Below, piece by piece: positions 1-13,067 of a stretch of 64,000 nucleotides of DNA. A program made the translations under genes and the position numbers. This DNA is from Podarcis vaucheri (Eukaryota): the NCBI GenBank assembly GCA_965113315.1, contig OZ220365.1; one strand, 5' to 3'. Numbering within the stretch: the first letter of the stretch is position 1; each line of letters opens with the position of its first letter. The notes beneath the pieces were generated by a model that did not search any database, was not told the DNA's origin, and worked only from the letters and a program-made list of their open reading frames with translations.

Positions 1-793
1 ATACCTTAATGAAAACATCGCTTTCATTGTGCAAACTGCCGCCAAGGACAGCAGCGTCTGTCAATCAAAGCAGCCACTGCTGAGAAGGAGTGGCTGTATT
101 CACAGGAAGCTTGATTCAGAGAGACCTCTGCTGTGTGAATGCATCCTTGACTGCATCAACTGGCCTTAAGCTGCAGGATAACAAAGCTGCTTGTGGACTG
201 GGCAGGACAATGCCAGTATTCCTCCATTGGCAACCAGCCGTCTTTATGACCAGTTACTTCCTGCCCCTGTCAAATTCTACAAACTAATGTGAACCAACAT
301 TCAGTAAAAAATCAGAATATAGATTTCCTTATTGCAAAACTAGTATAATAGAATATGGACAAAAGTCAAATTGATTTCAGTGGGAAAATGAAGCACATGT
401 TAAAATATTTCCAGTGAAATCAGTGAGACTAAAAACTTAATTTTGCCTAGATTCATGGCCTGCTTGGTTACTTATTAGAGGCAGTAGTAATTCTCTTTGA
501 TGCACCACTAGCACTTCTTGTGCCAAAGGAAGAAAAATCTACAAGTGCTGCTAACAAGTTTATTATCTAAATCCACAGCGTTTCAAGTCATACAGACTCC
601 TGCCTTGGGGATTTCTACTATATTTTAAATAGGAAAATACTTTGTCCTTCAGTAAAACCTGTGGTTATTCTTCCTGGGGTCACTGTCCTGTGCAACACTT
701 CTCTATCCTTTTGTTTGAGCACAGCAGAGTAAAGAACTTGGGCTCTGTGGAGCAGCTTCCCTTGCCTCCCCACCCCTCCCACGTTATACCCAC

Positions 794-951
794 CTCTCGC
801 TCATAGTCCCTCGCTGGTGCATCACTGCCTTGGTCCAAACCGCCAGAGGACAAGGAGCCATCCGAAGGGGATGCCATTGGCTGACGCTTTGCTCCATAGC
901 TACCTCCAGAGAATTCCCTCCGCAAAGCACTGCCATTTTGTGCAGATGATC
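794..951 (-). CDS. CDC42BPA: MRCK-alpha penultimate coding exon (SSAQNGSALRREFSGGSYGAKRQPMASPSDGSLSSGGLDQGSDAPARDYERE)
   Basis: Acceptor ttttcctag, donor GAG|gtgggt, 158 nt, phase 1-0. Confidence 0.95.
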
Positions 952-1779
952 CTAGGAAAATACCCAGGGATTTAGCTACATGAAGGCATACAAATATGAA
1001 GGCATTAGAGCTGTACGCTCTAGTAATTGTTTTCCTGAAGCTAATTTTTGTTGAACTGCCTGCTTCCGTTTCCCAGCTGCATCCTCTGTAAATTATTTAA
1101 CAATTATTCATCGAAACACACACCCCAGCACCAATCTGATTTTACACTGGGCCAAACCACCAATTATACTAAATGTGTAATTTGACTTCGCAGTCTCTTG
1201 GTTGCTATTGTTTTAGTAGTGTTTTATTTGTATTTCTTCAAATTAATCCCCACCAAGGGTCTTAACATAATAGGCATTTTGCATCTGTAACAAACTATAT
1301 TTTTCTGCAAATAAGAATTTCCCCTCATTGCCTTCCTACATACTATGTATCAAATAAAAACTATTCTATTTACTTGGATATTCAGTGGTCTTCAGTTACT
1401 TTTATTTTACTGCTACTCTTGTTATATTGTTGGAATGTCAGTTTTCAATGAGAGTCTTATCGGCTGTGTTCTGCTAGATGCTAATATTGTTTTATGAGGG
1501 GGAGAAACAGTTGTAAGGTGCCTTGAGGTCTATGACTGGAAGGCAGGAGTCAAAGTATTTGAAACAAACAATATTCCCAATATTTTTTTCTGGTATTGGA
1601 CATGTGCCAGATCTGTGTTGGTGTGGGGTACCTTAACAACATAAGCAGGGGACCATGCCAGCAGTTTCAAAAGTCACTTGTGCCACCATGTTTCTTTGCC
1701 TTCCCTCCCCAGTCCAGTCACTTGTATATATGTGGATGGACTCTGCATTATATGTCCGAGATAAGGTGCAGCAACTTAC

Positions 1780-1897
1780 TTGCCGCCAAACCACTGCTAG
1801 CACTCATGGAGCGTCCGGGTTCAGTGCGGGATTTTGTGATTGATGGAATACTGACAGAACCGCTAAACATGGTCCGACTTTCCTGAGGTCGAAGGTT
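1780..1897 (-). CDS. CDC42BPA: MRCK-alpha post-CRIB exon (NLRPQESRTMFSGSVSIPSITKSRTEPGRSMSASSGLAA)
   Basis: Acceptor ctctttgcag, donor gtaagt, 118 nt, phase 0-1. Confidence 0.96.
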
Positions 1898-2479
1898 CTG
1901 CAAAGAGAAATAGGAAAGAGGCAAAATCATTTACAGTGGAAATACCAGGGTTATCAAACTACAGTCCAAGCAAATGGTCAAACAATGCCTTGGTCTCCAG
2001 GTTATCTAGGCGGCAGATAGGCAAGACTGCAGAGGTTACTTTCTATAAATAAATAAGCACTGTGGATGGAACCACACAGAATGCAGTCAGCAGCAACTGC
2101 AAAATGCTAATTTGTATGTGGCAGTAAGTAGCCAAATATGCAAGGTTTTCTCCTAAATTCTGATATTTTCTTAGGCATTTGAAACCTATCACACACCCTA
2201 GTGTAATGTCTTCAATGTTAAAAGTCCGCATGGACGCAGACAGCTAAGCAATGTAGCCAGACTAGATGCTATATAGCGCCTGCTCCAATTATTTACTATC
2301 AACATGGATTTTTGCATCTCCCAGTTCTCCCAGTCTCTTTACTACATGTCAAGATTATTTCGCTTTCAAGGACTCTTCTGAAACACATTGGGTAGAAAAA
2401 GAATAGGCACTGAATTTATCCCCAGGACCACCCTTTCAGAGGGTTGGAATGATTCAGACACTAACAATCCCTACAAGCT

Positions 2480-2972
2480 TAGAGTACTTCAATATGCTGC
2501 CTCTGAAGAAGGCCAGGAAACTTCAGCTGGTGCAGAATTTGGTGGCCAGCCTGCTCACTGGTCCATGATGGTTTGATCATATTACACCATTACTGGCCTG
2601 ACTGCACTGGGGTCTAATTAGTTTCCCAGTTCAAAGTGTTGGTTTTGACCTATAAAGCCTTAAATGGCTCAGGACTGCAATACCTCAAGGATTGCCTCTC
2701 CCCATATGAACTGACCTGGACCCTGGGATCACCATCTGAAGCTCTTCTCTTGTGTGCTGCCGCCTCAAGAGGTCAGGAGGGTGGCAACACAAGAACAGGC
2801 CTTTTCTGCAGTGGTTCCTCCCTAGGGAGGCTCACCTGGCGCCTGGTTTGTTTCATTTTCCCCTTGTTTTTATTATGTATTTTGTGGTTTTATTCTGTAT
2901 TTTTATGCTGTGAGCTACCCTGAGATATTTGGATGAAGGGTGGTATACAAATTTAATAACTAAAAATAATAA
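2480..2972 (+). mobile_element. L2-clade LINE 3' fragment (degenerate; approximate bounds)
   Basis: Remnant peptide QFKVLVLTYKALNGSGLQYLKDCLSPY, typical of the L2 ORF2 C-terminus, followed by an AAT-like tail. Confidence 0.75.
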
Positions 2973-4089
2973 TTTTTACACGGGTCTTGAAGGAGACACT
3001 TGTTATCTGCTGCTTATTTCAGTACCGCCTGATTATTTCAATTATATTGTGTTTTATTATTGCACTGATTGGCTTATTGCTTTGTGTACTTGTAAACATA
3101 TAAAACCTGTGTACAGTGAAGTGACAATACTTAAAAACCCAATTTAAAGGTTACTGTGAGTTTCAAGTTACACGATTGCCACTTAGTGAAGCTATTTTTT
3201 TTGAGAGCCAGGATAAAAATATATTAAATAAATAAAATTAAAATAAGAATAATTTTTCAGGAATTATATGTCATTGCATTTTTGTTTTGTTTTTCAACAA
3301 ATCAGTAATAAGCACATCTAAAATTAGTACCCTGCATGCATTCAAATTTCAGAAATGCACTCTTATAATTCATTAAACTCCTTTGGGCTTATTGCTTATT
3401 GGTCTTTAACAGATAGTCACAGCTTATTTGATTATATTAGTATTTATTTGATTATATTCAACTATCCCCTGTACAAAATTGGAATAAATGGCATATTTTA
3501 AGGATGTATGAAATAAAAGGTTTTTCTGAGTTTGAGTCGGTGATCTGGCATTCTGTTGTTGTTGCATATAACACATGATTCTATAATGCACGCGTCTACC
3601 ATTAATCTATTGCTTTTCTGCTTTTCTGTTTATGCAATGCACCAATTAGCATCTGACAGGCATAAAGAGCTAAGTAATCTTAATTATTGTTTTCTGCTTC
3701 TCTCATTGAACAGTTTGTTTGCCACCTCTGCACTGTATGTTTATGATCCCACTTCTCAATTAAAGGTCAGTTCCTTGCTTCCCCAAGTCACATTAACAAT
3801 GTGATCAACAACTCTGGGTATCCTCCTGGCAGGAGAAAACAAAATATGGTTATAGGATGAAGCTGACTGCTAGAAAGCTTTCAGTTGATTCAATAGCCAC
3901 CCGAGCTATCCAGTAAGTAGTGAATCTGATACAGGGATATTGCAATTTGGGATACTGCAAGGAGGAATGATTTTAGACTTTATTAATATGGACTCTGGAG
4001 GATGAGGGGAAGAGTCAATGCACACTGATATGCAGAGTAAAAGAAGAAGCTTGCAAGCCCATCCCCTTCACTCAGAATGATGGGCATTT

Positions 4090-4872
4090 ATTGATGGTGA
4101 TGATGATGACGACAACAACAACATTTTTCTTATACATTGCCCATCTGACTGGGTTGCCCAAACCACTCTGTGTGGCTTCCAACAAAAGTACTGAGGGAAT
4201 GGGGGGTGGGGGTGGGGGAGAGAAAACCCATCAAGCATTAAAAGTGTCGTGAAAGAGGGCTGCCTCCAAATGTCTATGAAAGGTTATAGAGTTGTTTAAC
4301 TCTGACACCTGATGGGCAGGTGTTCCACAGGGTGCATGTGACTACCAAGAAGATGTTCTTCTGCCTGGTTCCCTGTAACCTCATTTCTTGCAATGAGGGA
4401 ACCGCCAGAAGGCCCTTGGAGCTGAACCTCAGTGTCTAGGCTGAGTGATGGAGGTGGAGATGCTCCTTCAGGTATACTGAGCCGAGGTCATTTAGGGCTT
4501 TAACGGTCAGCACCAATATTTTGAATTGTACTTGGAGCCAATGTAGACCTTTTCGGATTGGTGTTATATGGTCATGGCAGCCACTCCCAGTCTGGCAGCC
4601 ACATTCTGGATTAATTGTAGTTTCTGAGTCACCTTCAAAAGTAGCCCCACATAGAGTGCATTGTAGTAGTCCAAGCGGAAAATAAGTAGAGCATGTGCCA
4701 TTCTGGCGAGACAGTCTGTGGGCAGGTAGGGTCTCAGCTGGCGTACCAGATGGAGTTGGTAGACAGCCACCCTGGACACAGAGTTGACTTGCACCTCTAT
4801 GGACAGCTGTGGGCCCAAAGTGACCCCCAGGCTATGAACCTGGTCCTTTAAGGGCTGAGTAACCCTATTTGG
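4090..4872 (-). mobile_element. L2-clade LINE, 5'-truncated (approximate bounds)
   Basis: ORF 4564..4959 contains VHSLGVTL...YQLHLVRQLRPYL...RLDYYNALYVGL...KLQLIQNVAARL (L2 RT C-terminus). Simple-repeat tail at about 4090-4122. Confidence 0.85.
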
Positions 4873-5961
4873 GGAAGTAGATCTAATGACCACAATCAAT
4901 TTTAAAACAAGGTGGAGGCAACTATTACAGCTGCAGGTATATGAGAAAGATACACTCATTTTATTTAACTAAAAGACAGAGTCCATCTAATTCTTAGGTG
5001 CTCTTTACCTCACTGCTCTTTTCTTAAACATTTGTATAACTCACTGCTAAGATCAGAGAACAGAGAAAGAGAAGCTTTTCACGTCATGCACAAAAAGAAA
5101 AACCATGGTTGCTCAAAACGGCAGTTAGGAAATGGTAGTGAAGCTTAATCCTATAGCATCTTCTTTAAAATACCGATGTTATTCTTTTAACAGACCAAAG
5201 AGGTAAACAAACGAATCTTCAGAGCAAATACATCTCAATGGAAAAAATACATTTTTTATTTATAATAACAATTTATATATCCTGCATTTCTGTCAGCAGG
5301 ACTGAAATGTCATTCTTTTGAAAGGTAGAAAATATAAATTTGATTGCAGCTCACTGAGCAGCTCACTCATTTAACTTCAGAAAAGAGAAGCAATTTACTT
5401 CAGAGCCACCAAATGTAAGATGCTTTCTTAGAAAATATAGCTGGGTCATTCAGCGGGGTCATTCAGTTCAGTAAACAATCTTGTTGGCAGGAGAATTATG
5501 CGAAAGGACACAAACGGTAACAAACCTGAAGCTCAGCCACTTGCTCAGCATTATTGTTCTGTGATTTGAGAGACACCTCCCTTTAGACCAGGATTGTTAG
5601 GCCACAAATAAAAAACATTTTTATGAAGTACTTGACAGAGCAAGAGCCTACTTCTACAGACCTAACTAGAAATAAGAAGAGGCACAGCCTCCTGCTCCCT
5701 TAAATGGCGCCCCCATTTCTCCAGTCCTGCTTTATCAGGAACTCCCTTCCCTTCCCAAATCCACAAGGCGCAGGAGTTCTCTGTCCTCTCCTTCAATTCC
5801 ATCCCCCAGTTAAGTCTCTCCCTGAAGCTCTTTGCCTTCACCTAACATTTCAAGAAAAAGACTAAGATTTCAAGGGGGGGGGGAGTTATGTAAGACTGCC
5901 TCTGCACATATATATGCCTCCATCTCTCCTTTCTTCCCTCTGCTGCCTCCGCAAAGTTGGA

Positions 5962-6050
5962 ATGTAGACTGCAAACTCCTCAAGGCAGGGCACAGGGTTT
6001 CCTTTTTGTTATAGGACCCTGTACAGCAGCATGTACATGGACAGTGTGGC
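5962..6050 (+). mobile_element. Ancient L2/MIR-type 3' tail remnant
   Basis: tagactgcaaactcctcaaggcagggcac...tgtacagc resembles the conserved L2/MIR 3' end. Confidence 0.45.
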
Positions 6051-6726
6051 AGAAGTCATGTAAATCAGATCAGATTGATGTTCCTATTAAGTGGACAGAA
6101 TTCTATTACCATACTGAAATGCAGAATTCCAACACTATACACAAGGTTATCTCTAATACATAGGCCTCCTTCTGTCATTTGGCATGCAACCATCCAACTG
6201 TTTAAGTCTTGTCTGTTGGAAAGAAAAGCCATGGGCGTGAGTCTTTGGATACAGCAACAAGCTTTCCATAATTATCAGATAAATCCTATTGAGATGCACC
6301 CCTGGGCTTCCTTCAAGTCCCCTATGAATCTATTAATCTCAGTGGACAAGGGGACTGTGGGGAAGCATGCGCAATGTACCAAACATGTTTTAGGACACCA
6401 GTCTCCTCACTGTGGGTCCTTTGAACTGGGAAACTCATGTGAAATTCTCTGGTGAATTTTAGTGGGATTGCAAAAGTTGTTTTGAATACTTAGTAATTTT
6501 GGGAAAAGGTCAAGGACTTCTACTTTGGTAGATGCCCAATTTCACACCCCTCGTTTGGGGGTTACAGAGAAATGTAGCTGAAGGGAAGCAAAAGGAAAAA
6601 AAGAAAGATCCAGACACAAATGAAGCCAACTGCAAAGCTGAAATCTTGCCAGATATTAGCCAGGCCAAAAAAGAAGGAACACCACACAGTGTTAGTAGCA
6701 GGAACACCTGGCTGAACAATTCATAC

Positions 6727-6912
6727 CCTTATATTCATAAAGGCTGGTGTACGAGGGACAGAGCGTAGAGGTGGGGAATATGCACGGTTTATGGAATCAC
6801 GGGAGAGGAAATTTTCAGCTGAGTTAACAGTCATGTGATAGATGTGCTCGAAGTTGCTTGGAGAAGAGATGAGATGGGAGTGATGATGAGAGGGTGGATA
6901 AGGGGAGCTTGG
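6727..6912 (-). CDS. CDC42BPA: Alternative cassette exon with second CRIB-like motif (PSSPYPPSHHHSHLISSPSNFEHIYHMTVNSAENFLSRDSINRAYSPPLRSVPRTPAFMNIR)
   Basis: Acceptor tttgatag after a long CT tract, donor AGG|gtatga, 186 nt, phase 0-0, no stops. ISSPSNFEHIYHM fits the CRIB consensus ISxPxxFxHxxH. Confidence 0.9.
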
Positions 6913-6917
6913 CTATC

Positions 6918-7002
6918 AAAGACAAGAGAGATACAGAGAGCAAGACAGAGAGAGATAGAGAGACAGAGAAAGAGACAGAGACAGAGAAAGAGAAAGAGAG
7001 AT
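6918..7002. repeat. GA-rich low-complexity tract (CT-rich on the gene strand)
   Basis: (AG)n/(GACA)n mix directly upstream of the 6912 acceptor. Confidence 0.85.
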
Positions 7003-7964
7003 AATGAGGGAGGATATCTGTGATCTTAGGAATACAAATCATGGAGCATATGCTCATTAAAAATGAGGCTTGTAAATCAACAGGCATATTTAACATCTGC
7101 ATACTGCCTGACCCATTTCCAGAGACTGCTTTTGTACATACACAACCACCATCACCTTCTTATTTTAGAATCTCGCTCTCCAAAGTACTCATTACAATCT
7201 TGAAGAGAGTGAGTAGTGGCATGTGAACTGCAGTCTAGCATATGCCCTTCTCCTGCCTTCAGACATTGACATGTACTACAAACATCACAGTTAATTCTTC
7301 CCTCCTGGCTCACGTTTGATCAAATCCTGTCCCCTCCTTACCCCTACCACCTGTGCTACTCAGAGTGGAGCTTCACTGGAAACTCACCTGCTCACAGCCT
7401 GCTTGAATTAGCAAATGGACTGAAAAAGGCATGATGTGTTACTAGTGACTTCTATGATGGCATCACGCCTTGGGTGGTGCAAGGTAGGTCAGGTTGCAGA
7501 GGCTTTACTTTCACAGTCCCATCTGAGGCACACAAATGGGCTTAACATACATGGTATACAAAGGACCAGACATTCTCACACAGCCAATTCAATCCGACGA
7601 TAATATGTGATGTACATATTCCACTGTACAATGGAAAAAAATGTGTGGTATCGAAGTCATAGAACAGACCCTTTTTAAACCTACAGAATTAAGTTAGTCA
7701 TGGGTTAGGCCTTGGCCAAGTCAAGGACTTCATGTACCTTTTTTGTTGCAGGTTAGATGACAAAGTAGTTGTTGTATTATTATCCATTGTGTACACCTCC
7801 CAGATTTATGTGGTCTAGTTTTTGAATAACGTTTACTTTTATGAATCTATAGCTTTTTCTCTTTCCCCCTTTGCTTTCATTCCCCTTTGTTAACAAAAAG
7901 AAAAAGTGTGAACATCACAAAAAGAAAGAAAATAAATCCTTTTCCACACAGGTAAACTAACAGG

Positions 7965-8060
7965 GGGATAGCTGCTGCCAATCAGTGTAAACAATACTGA
8001 GCTAGATAGACCAAATGTCCAACTCAGTATAAAGCAGCTCTTGATATTCCTTATGTATTC
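7965..8060 (+). mobile_element. CR1-type 3' end fragment
   Basis: caatactgagctagatagacc...ctcagtataaagcagct...ttccttatg. Confidence 0.5.
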
Positions 8061-11000
8061 CTGTATCTATATATAAATGTATTGTAAGCCTTGTAGATTT
8101 TTAAAATGTCATTTATTCAATACATAATTTAATAACAGTTTACCCTGCAAAATCAGCTCCATCTAGTGGTAAAAAGCTAGATGCTGAAGTGTATGGGGTT
8201 TTTCTTTTTCTTAAAAAAAGAACAAGACTGCCTTTAAAACTAAGAAAAATAAACTTTCCCTGAATTCATTCATAACAAAGAAGGGAATGGAACATAACCC
8301 AGAGACCCAAGATCTGACACAAAATTAACAGTGAAATGCTACACATGTCTACAGAGAAGCAAGTTTGACTGAACTCAATGTGACTGATGATCACAGGACT
8401 AAAACAGACAAATTAAGAGCAATTTTCATTATTATCTCTTGCAAACCTACACCGATCTCATATATCTTGATGCAGCTAATCTTCCTAAGAAGCGCCACTT
8501 TTAGTAGGCATCCCCACCACTGGGAAACAACAGCCCTGTTTCCAAATGGTGCACTAGAATACATCCCTCACTCAGTGTGCTGGGGACAGCTATACTAGAA
8601 TAAAAATATGGCAATATGAAAACCAAGCCTCCCTTCCCTAGCATGGTACCCTTCAGACAAAGGGAAAAGTATAGATGCTGGCAAAATCCTACTCCCATTT
8701 TCTTATTAATAAATGAAACAACTGCAAACATTTGATTACAAGAAAACACAGTACCGGGGGGGGGGTTACTAATGTTTTTGGCTCTATCCTCCTTCATGTA
8801 CCAGTCATCCAAACATCTAGATACTCGGGGGGGGGGGAGAACAACCCTGAATGTACACCCTTGTTCACTAAAGCATTCACAAGCCCATCAGTTTCCCTAC
8901 ATGGACCCTCAAATGTAGATCATGTTCTAATTTCAGTGTTTTCCATATAAGAGGAAAATCCTGTAGGAGATTTTGCTTAAGGACCAGCTGTTAATATACT
9001 TTACTGAAGAACTCTTGCTTCCTACTTGCTGCTACCATGGAGCCCAATTATTCAATTAGAACTGCATATACACAAACAGGAAGACCACCAGAATTGTATG
9101 ACCCATCAGGAAGGAAAACGGTGTATCACATTACACTGCCATCGTATTTCAGACTCTTTACACACTGGCTTTGTTTGCATGTAATACTAAACCATGATTG
9201 AGTGCTGTGCAGACGAGCCTGAACAAGCCTGAGTAATGAATCGGGCCCACACAATTTCCCCTTCTCTTCCTGTCCACGGGGATGATGACTTCCATGGGGT
9301 TTAGTTTCACTTTTACAGAACCTCGGTGTAGCATTTCATTAAAACAAACTCTGGAAAGTTTCATAAGAAGTCAACTTCAAATAATGTCTTATCCACATAC
9401 CACAGGGCTCAGAATCCTTTTCTGGCTGAGGTTGACAGGTGGGCAGGGCCACCCACCAGCCTATCACCTGACATCATAGTGACCTCAGGTGATGCCTCTC
9501 TTTGAAGCCCCAATTGTCAGGACTTCAAAGCAAACCATGGGGCTTTCAAACAGCCCTTCTTTAAATATCCTTGGGCAGGGATGTTTATAAAGGGCTTTCA
9601 GACATCCTCCCCCTTCTGTTTGTCCTTCAAGCCACAGAGGCTTGTAGGAAAAGTGGAGGGGGAGGAGATTGGAGGCAGGCTCCCATGTCCTTGGAGGGCA
9701 CCTCCACCTTGCTCCTTCATACTTCCAAAGTTTGAATGCCTTGAGCAAGACATGTTCCAGCAGCTGATGCGATGGGAACATGCCTTCAAACATCCCCCTC
9801 TGTGTGTCTCCTTTAAACTGCACACCTTGCTTGAACAAAGGAATAGTCGAGAGCTTTGGGTCCCCAGTTGTTCCTTTGATGTTCTGCCCTTACCTGCCTC
9901 ACACATAGCATGGGGGTGGCTTCTTGAAAATGGCCTTATGGGCCCAATGGGGAGGCCTGATGGGCAACATTTGATCTGTGGGCTGGAGGTTCCCACCTCT
10001 GATAAAGCACTAAATAGCTTAATTTTGTTGTTGTTGTTGGAAAAATGGAAATATCTGCTGCAGTTGATTCGTTTTAAAAACCGTTAGCTTCAAACTAATT
10101 GATGCATATACCTTGGTTACTATACAGAAATAGTGTCTTTGCATACTGATAAATCAGGCGCAATGTTTAATTTTTACTGAAGTTTAATAGAAAAAAAATT
10201 GTAGGGACCCAAGGAAGTCAAATAATTTACTAGTATGTTCCTGCAAGCATTTGAATAAGATCCTCTTTTGCCTGTTCAATTAGAACGGTGGCAAATTTTT
10301 AACAGGCAAAATCAGCACAGCAACCCTAATGTGGGGAGAGCTGCCATTTACTATGTTGGCAGGGGCAGGAGATGCTTGAAACCTACAGAATCGTGACAAT
10401 ATGAGGAAGAGGACTCTGTGTCTGGTATATATCATGAGGGAACACCACAGGAAAGGGTAATCCTTTATACAGATAAATCCTGGGCTGTGAATTTTGCTGA
10501 CTGCACATATGAGAAAATAAACAGTGAACTGTTTCTTAGCACCTGCCGTGATCCTCTCTTCTCTCATGTCCTCTTGTATAGCTCAAATAATTTAGAAAAA
10601 TATGCAGGAAAAGAAAACAGAATGCTTTTGTATATACAGCAGGGAAGAACAGATAATATGAAGATTTGGAGAAGAAACAAAAAACTGGTGGGACACTTGT
10701 GTGTCCTGCAGACAGAAGCAAGAACTTGGCCCAGTCTGCTATTTTGCTGAATACTGAACTTCAGGGTGACTCACCCTTTGGGACCCAGGACACATTTGGA
10801 AATCTAAGAAACTGTTGTGGTCACCTTTCATAGGCAAATACTGTCGATGCTCAGAGCCCACCCCCCACCACAACAACAGGTAAAACACCTACACCCGCCA
10901 AACAAATACAACACAGACTAAGAAGCAGACCAGCCTTAAAAAAAAAATTCCCCCAACCAAAGCACCCCCCCAAACAATTAAAAAAATGGGAGGGGCAGGT

Positions 11001-11563
11001 AGTCTGATTTCTGCATTTCACCAATGGTTGTAATTGTTCAAGAACTATTGTGTAAGCTACCATGAGGTTACTGTGTGGAATGACTTCCTTAAAACTAGTT
11101 CTGAGTTTCCATATCCATTAATTAACGTAACTGTGGAACTGGTGTGTCCAACAGATGCAGCCATTGACATTTAACTGTTAAACGTTAACCTTTATGGGAA
11201 CTGCCAGTAAACTTGGGCATTGCCAGTGACAGGTTCACGTTGTGGTATCTCTAGTTAAACTGATTTTAGGAAGAGGTCTTTCCAAGCACCTATTGTGTGA
11301 GAACCTGGAACATCACATCTAGGCAGGACAGACAAGCTGGCAAGATGGGAAAAGGACTTAAGGCAGCTTTCTATGTTCCTAAGATTTGTATTTCTCTATT
11401 TTAATCACTTTCAAGCCCCTGCCCATGAAAGTCACTTTCTATTTCATTAAAACCTTCTAACTGTTCAACTCCAATTTATATCACAATTTAATGCCTATAT
11501 GTTCATTTTATCTACTATATATAACACTAACATCTATGTGTGGACACACTCTCATATACTTAC

Positions 11564-11681
11564 CATAGGTAGATCTTTAAGGATTTGTATACCATCTCCT
11601 GGGCCCATGTGTGCTATGTGGTTAAAGTTAGTTGGATTAGAAATTAATTTATTTCTCATTTCTGGATCTCGTAGCATCTCC
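11564..11681 (-). CDS. CDC42BPA: CRIB exon ([39 protein letters not shown])
   Basis: Canonical [20 protein letters not shown]. ttgcag/gtaagt, 118 nt, phase 2-0. Confidence 0.97.
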
Positions 11682-12943
11682 CTGCAAGAGAGGATAGCCA
11701 GGTCAGGTATTTTGTCCATGAGGATATTTGTAAAAATGGTGAAATATATATTTACATACATATTCATATAAGTTACTTTAAAACATAAATAAAAAAAATA
11801 TCTGGCCAGGTTTCAAAGGAGGGTAACTTTAACTTCTGGTGTTGATTCTATGCCAGCTCTCAGCCTGATGAAAGGGGAAAGGGTGAGGAAGAACAGAAGT
11901 TTGGTTTAAAGCCTTAAAAGCCCATGCCCGTAAAAAGTCCATAGGGCTACTGAGACTCAGAGAGGGAGTTGAGACAACATTCAAGAAAAGGTGCAGTTGC
12001 GGGCTCAGTGGTGACCTGGCACTGCAAAGATGGAGGCAGAGGTGAAGGACAGAAGAAAAAAGAAGAAGAAGAAGAATTAGAAGAATATTGCACTACCCTT
12101 CATATTTAACTGTCACAATAACTTTAAGAGTTTGTAAAGAAAGGTGCCATTCTATTGTAGGATACAAAGTAAAGAGTTCTCTGCATCTTTGAAAAGCAGA
12201 AAGCATAAAACTAGCCAACTGTACAGTAAGTGTTGCTGTAATAGTTTTACAGAAAGAAAAGCAGATCTGGCTATCTTTACCAGTGAAAAGGTTGGCAATT
12301 TGAGAAGAAGTTCTGTTCTTTACATATGTCTTTCCTGCAGTTACATGTAAACTTCTATGGATGGAAAGAACACTTGGCCAGAAACACTGAAATATCAGTC
12401 CTGTGCTTACTGAAAACATTTTCTTAATATTCAGAAAGGTTTGTAGTTTTTTCATATACCCCAAGACACCATTTCCCAAGGTGAGCCATTTGTTACATAG
12501 AAGCCACGCAAGGGGACAATTAAAGAAATAACATCTAAACACTGAGGAATGTTACAGAGTATGGGATGAGCATTGCCAAAAAGTACAACAGCAACTAGAC
12601 TTTGAAAGTAATACGTATGCATAATTAGTAATGTAATCCTCTTTTGCAAAAAATTTTATTATCAATCTTCATATATACAGTATATGCACACACGCGCACG
12701 TACATATATACAGTACATGGAGGCATGCATTCAGAAAATTACAGTAATTGTTTTGCACAAGGATTTAATTTTAAATGGACTAAGATTTTTAGACTGGTGT
12801 TTATACAAAGTATGTACAAAGAGTAAATGTAAGGGAAGAGAGACAAATGTCTGTTCTAACAAAAAAACTACATTGACAGCAGACAAACAAGTCTTCAGGG
12901 CCTACAGGCATGTACAGAAGACAAGTACAGGTTGAATACCGAC

Positions 12944-13067
12944 CTCCTCTGTTGCATCCTCTCCTCCTCAGGCACTCTGAATGAGTAACGGCGTTTATTG
13001 TTGATATTTCGGACCATTTGCTTCCGGCTGTTATCAGATGTCTCAGGAACCACCAGCTCATCACCCT
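12944..13067 (-). CDS. CDC42BPA: MRCK-alpha exon (GDELVVPETSDNSRKQMVRNINNKRRYSFRVPEEERMQQR)
   Basis: tttcctag/gtcggt, 124 nt, phase 1-2. Confidence 0.96.

Noticed and set aside
1-793. Terminal exon and the 3'UTR iron-responsive element reported for human CDC42BPA
   Set aside because: No DSDSPRHS-like coding sequence is visible, so the last exon lies outside the window.
7388-7522. Extra exon using the consensus donor CAG|GTGAGT at 7387
   Set aside because: With the 7522 acceptor all three frames contain stops, and the nearer acceptor gives 32 nt (frameshift). A poison exon cannot be excluded, but nothing supports it.
9400-10087. 168-aa ORF in a GC-richer island
   Set aside because: No recognisable domain. 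The ends resemble a decayed hAT-type element but no TSD was found, so it is left uncalled.
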